From: Candidatus Omnitrophota bacterium
Lineage (GTDB): Bacteria; Omnitrophota; Gorgyraeia; Zapsychrales; Zapsychraceae
Direction: 5' to 3'
NCBI GenBank assembly: GCA_029261055.1
Contig: JAJDCA010000053.1
Coordinates: forward strand, 24,177 to 88,176
Length of the DNA: 64,000 nucleotides
The notes beneath the pieces are model-generated. The model had not been told where the DNA came from and ran no database searches. It saw only the letters and a program-made list of their open reading frames with translations. The translations under genes and the position numbers were made by a program. This document shows positions 55,756 to 64,000 of this stretch, in pieces. How positions within the stretch are numbered: position 1 is the stretch's first letter; every line of letters begins with the position of its first letter.

Positions 55756-57561
55756 CTAAATCTTTTCTTTGTACAATTCCAAATTCTCTTGCATCATACG
55801 CAACAGCTGAGCTGTTTTAGAATTCCCTTTTAATTCTTCTTTCTTAATCGGTTTCCATTTACCCGGCACAAGGACTTGTGCATCAATAAATCGATCAACG
55901 GCATCCTGAAGACGCTGTTGCCCAACATCATCTTTAATTTTAATCGCCTCATTGACAACCCATGTTAGCCCGTCACCCGTACTACGATATTCATAATTTA
56001 TCACGGATGCACGCTGAAGAATAGTCTTTAACGTATCCTGTTCCTTGCCTGGTGCCACAGCTACGACTAAATTACGGTACAATTCTTGAAATTCCAGGCC
56101 CCTTAATTTGCGAGCATCCGTCAAAACAAGATCTTCTTTCTCGGCATACGTTGCGGCCATGACCTGACAAAAATCTCCTACCGGCATCAAAGCCCATTGT
56201 CCGTTTTTAAAATTCTTAAAAAGGAAATCCGGCAACTCACGCAAAACATGCCGGATCAAAAAAACAGGTGGATGATCAATCCCATCAGGCAGCTTGATTT
56301 CTCCCCCCACAGTTTTGACATCCTCAAAATAATTCAATACCTTACGAAAGGCTTCTATTTTTTCCTCGTGACTAGTAATCAAACCATTAATATGGTCATC
56401 TGTAAAACCCATCCTGGCAAGCATCCTTTTTTGCCGTTCTGTTTTAAAACACCGATCAAAATCAGTCAAAGCAGAGTGACCTTCAAACACCTTAAAATTC
56501 TTTTTTTCTTTCGTCAAAATAAAATCAATACTCTGCGCAAATGTTTGAACGATAACCCGCGCCCAATATTTTTGTTCGGTTAAAGAACTCGAATAGCGAT
56601 CAACATCTTCGTAACGATATTTATTGTGTTTTGCGGCAAACTGTCGAATAGAACCATAATCAAGAATAGCCCCGTCAGCTAAAACATTATCGCCATCCCA
56701 CGCCAACCAGTTAAAAATATATTCTTCTTCCATAACGGCGGCTAATCGGGCATAGGTTTGTGATAAATAATGCAAGGCTTCGCAATAGCGCGTCCCCTCT
56801 TCTTTCGAAAACTTAACGACACCATTTGCTTCCTGTCGTCTCAAAAAATAGTCAAACGAGGCCTTGGTCTCTTCCCACTGTCCCAACTTTAAATATCGAA
56901 AAATATGCGCTGGACGAATAAGATTCGGGGCGACGCGCACACCGATCGCTGATTTGCTGTTATCATATTCAATCACCGCTAAACAGCGTTCCGTTGGAAT
57001 ACCCCGTTTGTAGAAAATTTCTGCTAAAACAGCGCCGCCAAACATTTCATCCAAATCTGCCAGACCGGAAGAATACCCATATTGCACATCCCCCGTCTTT
57101 ACAGCCCCTTTGGCTTCCTGTGATCCCGGACTTAAAATCGTATTCCCTGTCCCTCGACTGGAAATATCATACACCATATTCTTTGTCTGAATATGACCAT
57201 TCCAAATACTACGACCATCGCCGGAAGTCATACCGCGTTTATTTTCATGCTGACTTTGTAAATAACGCGTAGCCATGTACAAACGATCTTCATACCCATC
57301 TTTAGGAAATGTTTTCTTAGTAGCCCAATCGTGTTCGTTGAGAATTTGGAGAGAAAATGCCTTTAATATGGCGTCATCTAATTCTGAATTTAACTCTTTA
57401 GGATGATTCGCCGCAATCAACCCCATTTCTTTAGCCAGGGCATAATTAAAATAAATAACACGGCCATCTTTTCGATAACGCACCGGATAATCTTCATACC
57501 CCTCAGGACTGACATTGCGCCAGGGATGAGTTCCATCAATTTTTTGAAAATTTGCGTACAT
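55756..57561 (-). CDS. selO: SelO/YdiU (UPF0061)-family protein nucleotidyltransferase-like protein.
   Basis: ...FNYALAKEMGL... is like the SelO N-terminal block. ...GGAVLAEIFYKRGIPTERCLAV... and ...WDGDNVLADGAILDYGS... resemble the SelO catalytic-loop and DYG regions. Confidence 0.6.
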   Translation of the reverse strand: MYANFQKIDGTHPWRNVSPEGYEDYPVRYRKDGRVIYFNYALAKEMGLIAANHPKELNSELDDAILKAFSLQILNEHDWATKKTFPKDGYEDRLYMATRYLQSQHENKRGMTSGDGRSIWNGHIQTKNMVYDISSRGTGNTILSPGSQEAKGAVKTGDVQYGYSSGLADLDEMFGGAVLAEIFYKRGIPTERCLAVIEYDNSKSAIGVRVAPNLIRPAHIFRYLKLGQWEETKASFDYFLRRQEANGVVKFSKEEGTRYCEALHYLSQTYARLAAVMEEEYIFNWLAWDGDNVLADGAILDYGSIRQFAAKHNKYRYEDVDRYSSSLTEQKYWARVIVQTFAQSIDFILTKEKKNFKVFEGHSALTDFDRCFKTERQKRMLARMGFTDDHINGLITSHEEKIEAFRKVLNYFEDVKTVGGEIKLPDGIDHPPVFLIRHVLRELPDFLFKNFKNGQWALMPVGDFCQVMAATYAEKEDLVLTDARKLRGLEFQELYRNLVVAVAPGKEQDTLKTILQRASVINYEYRSTGDGLTWVVNEAIKIKDDVGQQRLQDAVDRFIDAQVLVPGKWKPIKKEELKGNSKTAQLLRMMQENLELYKEKI

Positions 57562-58035
57562 TTAAGATTTCTCTTGTACAGCTTTTCTAAACGTCCCTAA
57601 AATCGATTCTAACACAGCACTCCACACAATTTTATAAACCTCATCATAATACACCGTTTCTTGCACAAGCTGCCCTTCCACACTCCTTAAATGAACGCCG
57701 GTATTAAACCTTTTTTTTACTGAAGCTTCAGATCCTTCTTTTTCTGACCATCGTACTTCACCTTCCATGTTAACAATCTTTTTAGAAGTTGGAACAAACA
57801 CCTCCAAATGAAGCGGGGCCCCTTTTTCTAATTTTTGATCAGAAATAAAACACAAACCATCTGAACTCACATTTTGACTCACCGCAGAATGGGGCGTAAG
57901 ATCATCATTATCTACATCCCCCTCTGATCTTTGAAATTTTAATTTTGCTTTTACATCATAAGCAAATTGAAAATTAATATCGACACGCGCCGAATGCCGT
58001 TTATGCTCTCTTTTTTCCGCAGAAAAATCTTTCAT
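57562..58035 (-). CDS. PilZ-domain protein.
   Basis: It has the RxxxR motif (EKREHKRHSARVDI) and a D/NxSxxG motif (SQNVSSDGLCF). Confidence 0.55.
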   Translation of the reverse strand: MKDFSAEKREHKRHSARVDINFQFAYDVKAKLKFQRSEGDVDNDDLTPHSAVSQNVSSDGLCFISDQKLEKGAPLHLEVFVPTSKKIVNMEGEVRWSEKEGSEASVKKRFNTGVHLRSVEGQLVQETVYYDEVYKIVWSAVLESILGTFRKAVQEKS

Positions 58036-58562
58036 ACCGAATCGTCCTCTTTTTTTTGTGCAAGAATTCTAAAATTCCCCAAAATGGACTGCAAAACAAC
58101 ACTCCATTCAACCTTGTAGGTCTCATCAAAATAAATGGATTCAAAAACGGAATCCCCTTCTACTTCTGTCAATTTAACACCTGATTCAAATTGACATTCA
58201 GATTTTTCATTAGGAAGACCTGGCTTGGACCACCGTACACTACCTTTCATGTGGACAGGCTCTTTAGAAGAAGGTACAAACACTTCTAAACTAAGAGCGG
58301 TATCCACTTCTAATTTATGCTTAGAAATAAAACATATTCCCTCTGTACTGACATTTCTACTAATAGCCAAATATTTTTTAGAAGAGTCCTCTTGTTTGTT
58401 TTGCTCACCTTGCCCCTCAATACGATATTCCACCTTTGTCTCAATATCATACGGAATATCAAAATAAATTTTAACCTCTGTATCAAAACGATTAGATTTT
58501 CTACGGTCCTTCTCTGGAGTATCCATACAATAATATCCTTTCTTATGTAAAAACAAAATCAC
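58032..58562 (-). CDS. PilZ-domain protein, paralogue of the preceding gene.
   Basis: DRRKSNRFDTEVKI and SRNVSTEGICF. The architecture matches 57562-58035, including a shared C-terminal ...WSVVLQSILGNFR... versus ...WSAVLESILGTFR.... Confidence 0.55.
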   Translation of the reverse strand: MILFLHKKGYYCMDTPEKDRRKSNRFDTEVKIYFDIPYDIETKVEYRIEGQGEQNKQEDSSKKYLAISRNVSTEGICFISKHKLEVDTALSLEVFVPSSKEPVHMKGSVRWSKPGLPNEKSECQFESGVKLTEVEGDSVFESIYFDETYKVEWSVVLQSILGNFRILAQKKEDDSV

Positions 58563-58631
58563 CGGCAGCCATATTTATATGGCATTATAGCAAATTTTTT
58601 CAGTTTGAGAATGGGGAAAATGATTTAAATA

Positions 58632-59177
58632 TTATTCTATCACAACACGATAGTAATTGCCTTGTGTAAGGGCGGGGGTGTTTTTTTGAGGGCGAACATA
58701 GGCCGTAACATCAAAAAGGGTTTCAACCATGACTTGGCCGATCTTGTCTTGTCTATCATAAACGCTAAGGTTTCGTCCCGGCAAAAGACCATGGACAGCA
58801 CCTAAAGTCACCATAATTTTAGACGATTTTGCATCAACCCAAAGAAGGCCTTCTCTTCTACTTTTTTCTTCATTCCCGTACACAGTCTCAGCCTTTTTTA
58901 CCAGAGACTTTAGACTCATTTCATTCTTTTGTGCTGCTTTTGAGTTTTGTACAGGTTGTTTTTCTTGACTGGCAGACTGAATTACTTTGGCCCTTTTCTC
59001 GATTTTCATTTTCTGAACATCGAGCTTAGTAATACCTGCATTTTCCCGAGAAGCTAATTCCGGCTTAACTTCAAGAAAATAAAACGTAGCGACCGCACTC
59101 ATGATGGCGATAAAAATGGATATGACACCAATAATAATAAGTTTAATATTCTTTTTAGCCATAACTTTTTTTATCAC
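58632..59177 (-). CDS. Hypothetical membrane-anchored protein.
   Basis: It has an N-terminal TM helix (LIIIGVISIFIAIMSAVATFYFL) and a Lys-rich coiled region. I recognise no domain. Confidence 0.4.
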   Translation of the reverse strand: MIKKVMAKKNIKLIIIGVISIFIAIMSAVATFYFLEVKPELASRENAGITKLDVQKMKIEKRAKVIQSASQEKQPVQNSKAAQKNEMSLKSLVKKAETVYGNEEKSRREGLLWVDAKSSKIMVTLGAVHGLLPGRNLSVYDRQDKIGQVMVETLFDVTAYVRPQKNTPALTQGNYYRVVIE

Positions 59178-59215
59178 ATAACTTCTAAATCGTCAATGTG
59201 TTACAAGATTTTTTT

Positions 59216-60499
59216 CTAACTTCTTCCAAGAAGTGCAAACATCTTTTTCTTGTAGGCTTCTACGCCTGGCTGATTAAAAGGATTAACCCCTAAGAGGTAC
59301 CCTTTAATCGCTACAGCTTTTTCAAAAAAGTAATACAATTGTCCCAAACAATTAGCATCGAACCGGGAAATGGTAATGGTCATATTTGGAACGCCCCCCT
59401 CATAATGAGCCATGGAGGTAGCTTGATAAGCTTTCTTATTAACCGAATCTAAGTCATCTCCAGCAACACAATTGAAATTATCCAAATTTTCGGAGTCTTC
59501 AGGAATAATCATTTCATGACCAGAATTTTCCGACAAAAGAAACGTTTCAAACATATTCCGCTGGCCTTCCTGTAAAAGCTGCCCCATAGAATGAAGATCC
59601 GCTGTAAAACTTAATGACGTTGGAAAAAGCCCCTTCCCATCTTTACCTTCACTTTCACCAAAAAGCTGTTTCCACCATTCTTCTACTAACGACAACCTTT
59701 GATAAAATGTCGAAAGAACCTCAATCTCTTTTCCCTGTTGATTCAAAAGGTACCGAGCCGCAGCATATCGATACGCAATATTATTGTCTAAATCTAACTG
59801 CGAGCAATATTCCTGTGCCTTACGCGCACCATTAACAAGCGCCTTAACATCGATACCCGCAATCGCCAAAGGCACCAATCCTGCCGGAGTTAAAACAGAA
59901 AAACGTCCACCCACATCGCTGTTAATCGGAAAAATACGATACCCATGATTTTGAGCAATCGTAAGCAAGGCGCCTTTTTCCGGATCCGTAATACAAATAA
60001 TTCTTTTTTTCAATTCTTCCGCTGAATACCGCTCTTCCATAAATTTCTTAATAATCCGAAAGGCAAGCGCTGGCTCTGTGGTCGTCCCCGACTTAGAAAT
60101 AACAACAACTGTGATACGTTTATCTTTAAGGCTTTCTAACAAATGATAAAGATATCCAGAACTCAAATTATGACCTGCATAATAAACCGGCAGTTTTTGT
60201 TCAGAAATAAGAAACTCCAACGAAGCATGCACACCGGCATACGAACCGCCGATACCAATACTAATCAGACAATCAGAATCTGCGCGAACCTGCTGACCTA
60301 ACTGATCGAGTTCATCCAAAAAAGAATCTTCTATTCTTGAAGGAAGATCAATCCATCCCGTAAATTCTGACCCTTTCCCGGTTTTATTGACCAAATCTTC
60401 ATGTGCTTTTTGAACCTGCGGAAATAAATTATCAAAGTCCTTTTTTTCAACAAACCCTTTAAGATTTTCAATATTAAGTGTAATGTCCATTGTTGTCAC
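59216..60499 (-). CDS. pgi: Glucose-6-phosphate isomerase (short bacterial type).
   Basis: ...ISIGIGGSYAGVHASLEFL... is the SIS domain. The ORF is 427 aa. Confidence 0.8.
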   Translation of the reverse strand: MTTMDITLNIENLKGFVEKKDFDNLFPQVQKAHEDLVNKTGKGSEFTGWIDLPSRIEDSFLDELDQLGQQVRADSDCLISIGIGGSYAGVHASLEFLISEQKLPVYYAGHNLSSGYLYHLLESLKDKRITVVVISKSGTTTEPALAFRIIKKFMEERYSAEELKKRIICITDPEKGALLTIAQNHGYRIFPINSDVGGRFSVLTPAGLVPLAIAGIDVKALVNGARKAQEYCSQLDLDNNIAYRYAAARYLLNQQGKEIEVLSTFYQRLSLVEEWWKQLFGESEGKDGKGLFPTSLSFTADLHSMGQLLQEGQRNMFETFLLSENSGHEMIIPEDSENLDNFNCVAGDDLDSVNKKAYQATSMAHYEGGVPNMTITISRFDANCLGQLYYFFEKAVAIKGYLLGVNPFNQPGVEAYKKKMFALLGRS

Positions 60500-60566
60500 C
60501 CTTTCTTAAGTAAAACCGTTTCCGACGGTAATTTTTAGTGACGCGTGATGCGTCACTTTAATTTTT

Positions 60567-61655
60567 TTAAATCGCTGATTCAATCACAGCACCTCCAAGG
60601 ACTACATCGTCGTCATACAGCACAACTGATTGCCCTGGCGTGACCGATAATTGAGGTTCATGAAATTCAATTTTAATTTGCTCTTGACTTAGGCATGTTA
60701 AAACACCTTTAACTTCCGGCGTATTGTAACGAATACGCACAGAAACTTCCATAGGTTCTTGAGGATCGTCCATACTTAACACATTAAAATTCTGCGCTAG
60801 TAAACCCTTAGAATATAAACACGTTTTTGGGCCCACGTAAACCTTATTTGTATTTTTTTCTATCTTGTACACATACACCGGAACACCTAAGGCAATGCCT
60901 AATTTATCCCGCTGGCCAATGGTGTAATTTGCAATACCCTGATGTTGCCCTACCACCTCACCTTTTTCATTTACAAAATCACCAGGAATAAAGGCCTCCG
61001 CCCCTAAACGATCTCTCAAAAACTTTTTATACCCTTCATCCGGCACAAAACAAATATCCTGACTTTCCTGTTTGTCAGCTGTATTCAAATGATATTGATG
61101 CCCCAACGCGCGAACTTCCTCTTTAGTAAAACCACCCAAAGGAAATAACAAAAAAGATAAAAAATCTTTGGGAATACTGTAAAGAAAATACGATTGATCT
61201 TTTTTCGAATCCACCGCCTTTTTCATCTCAAATCTATTCTGCCCTTCATTGTACTCTATTTTTGAATAATGCCCCGTCGCTAGATAATCCGCCCCAAGAC
61301 TTTTTACTTTTTCCCACAACGTCCCAAATTTTAAAAATTGATTACATCGCACGCACGGATTCGGCGTCCGCCCACTCAAATATTCATCGGCAAAATTTTG
61401 AATAACTAATTGGTCCAAGTCTTGCGCAAAATCCAACACATAGTGCGGAATATCTAAAATTTGTGCTGCACGTTTAGAATCATTAATCCCATCCATACCA
61501 CAGCACGACGGCTTTTTTGTTTGAGGGTGTGTAATGCTAAAACACATCGTAACTCCCACCACATCATATCCCTGATCTTTCATCAAGGCGGCAACAACAG
61601 AAGAATCTACCCCACCGCTCATCGCTACGAATACTTTTTTATTTTTTAAGTTCAT
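60567..61655 (-). CDS. mnmA: tRNA-specific 2-thiouridylase.
   Basis: VAMSGGVDSSVVAAL PP-loop and the C-terminal MnmA fold. Confidence 0.9.
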   Translation of the reverse strand: MNLKNKKVFVAMSGGVDSSVVAALMKDQGYDVVGVTMCFSITHPQTKKPSCCGMDGINDSKRAAQILDIPHYVLDFAQDLDQLVIQNFADEYLSGRTPNPCVRCNQFLKFGTLWEKVKSLGADYLATGHYSKIEYNEGQNRFEMKKAVDSKKDQSYFLYSIPKDFLSFLLFPLGGFTKEEVRALGHQYHLNTADKQESQDICFVPDEGYKKFLRDRLGAEAFIPGDFVNEKGEVVGQHQGIANYTIGQRDKLGIALGVPVYVYKIEKNTNKVYVGPKTCLYSKGLLAQNFNVLSMDDPQEPMEVSVRIRYNTPEVKGVLTCLSQEQIKIEFHEPQLSVTPGQSVVLYDDDVVLGGAVIESAI

Positions 61656-61666
61656 GTTATTTCTTT

Positions 61667-64000
<2,334 letters not shown>

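Overview
This is an AT-rich (about 38-40% GC by eye) bacterial chromosomal window. Every gene I can support lies on the minus strand; the plus-strand ORFs in the track all look like antisense artefacts.

Gene content, left to right:
- An LPS inner-core / lipid A cluster: a GT4 glycosyltransferase, a GT4-heptosyltransferase fusion, an LpxL-like acyltransferase fused to an ELM1/DUF1022 domain, lpxK and waaA.
- Anaerobic ribonucleotide reductase genes nrdD and nrdG, split by a repeat element.
- cutA, pgeF/yfiH, rmuC and an endonuclease III-like gene.
- A type II secretion block in canonical order, gspE-F-G-H-I-J-K-L-M, with no gspC or gspD in the window. Immediately upstream sits a 1744-aa signal-peptide protein with FN3 repeats and three tandem C-terminal carbohydrate-binding modules.
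- trpG-D-C-F without trpE, trpB or trpA.
- Housekeeping genes: murA, prmC, prfA, rpmE, rho, coaE, glgA, polA, a TPR protein, an oxidoreductase, folD, an FTCD-like cyclodeaminase, yraN, rnhB, rplS, trmD and tgt.
- A 1060-aa signal-peptide protein that fuses a Doc/Fic-like domain to a MidA/NDUFAF7-type methyltransferase.
- A CBS-pair protein, a lipoprotein, a class II aldolase-SDR fusion, a SelO-like protein, two tandem PilZ proteins, pgi, mnmA and a BioD-BioA fusion.

The non-coding signals are the most unusual part:
1. A REP-like palindromic family, GGGCATGAT(TC/GA/TT)ATCATGCCC, occurs at five loci. One copy is a three-unit, in-frame 36-bp tandem array inside lpxK.
2. Six intercistronic elements each pair a purine-rich arm (AGAAGCAAGA..AAGAGGCAAAGAT) with the complementary pyrimidine arm.
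3. A structured element of about 330 bp is present in two inverted copies about 11 kb apart.
4. GC-rich palindromic DNA is embedded in-frame in the Doc/Fic gene.
5. Nested CCTCGGGGG/CCCCCGAGG inverted repeats lie between the two glycosyltransferase genes.

Several ORF-track starts run back through these repeats and I have trimmed them. I found no tRNA, rRNA, CRISPR array or transposase. Taxonomy cannot be assigned from sequence alone; the gene set fits an anaerobic diderm bacterium.
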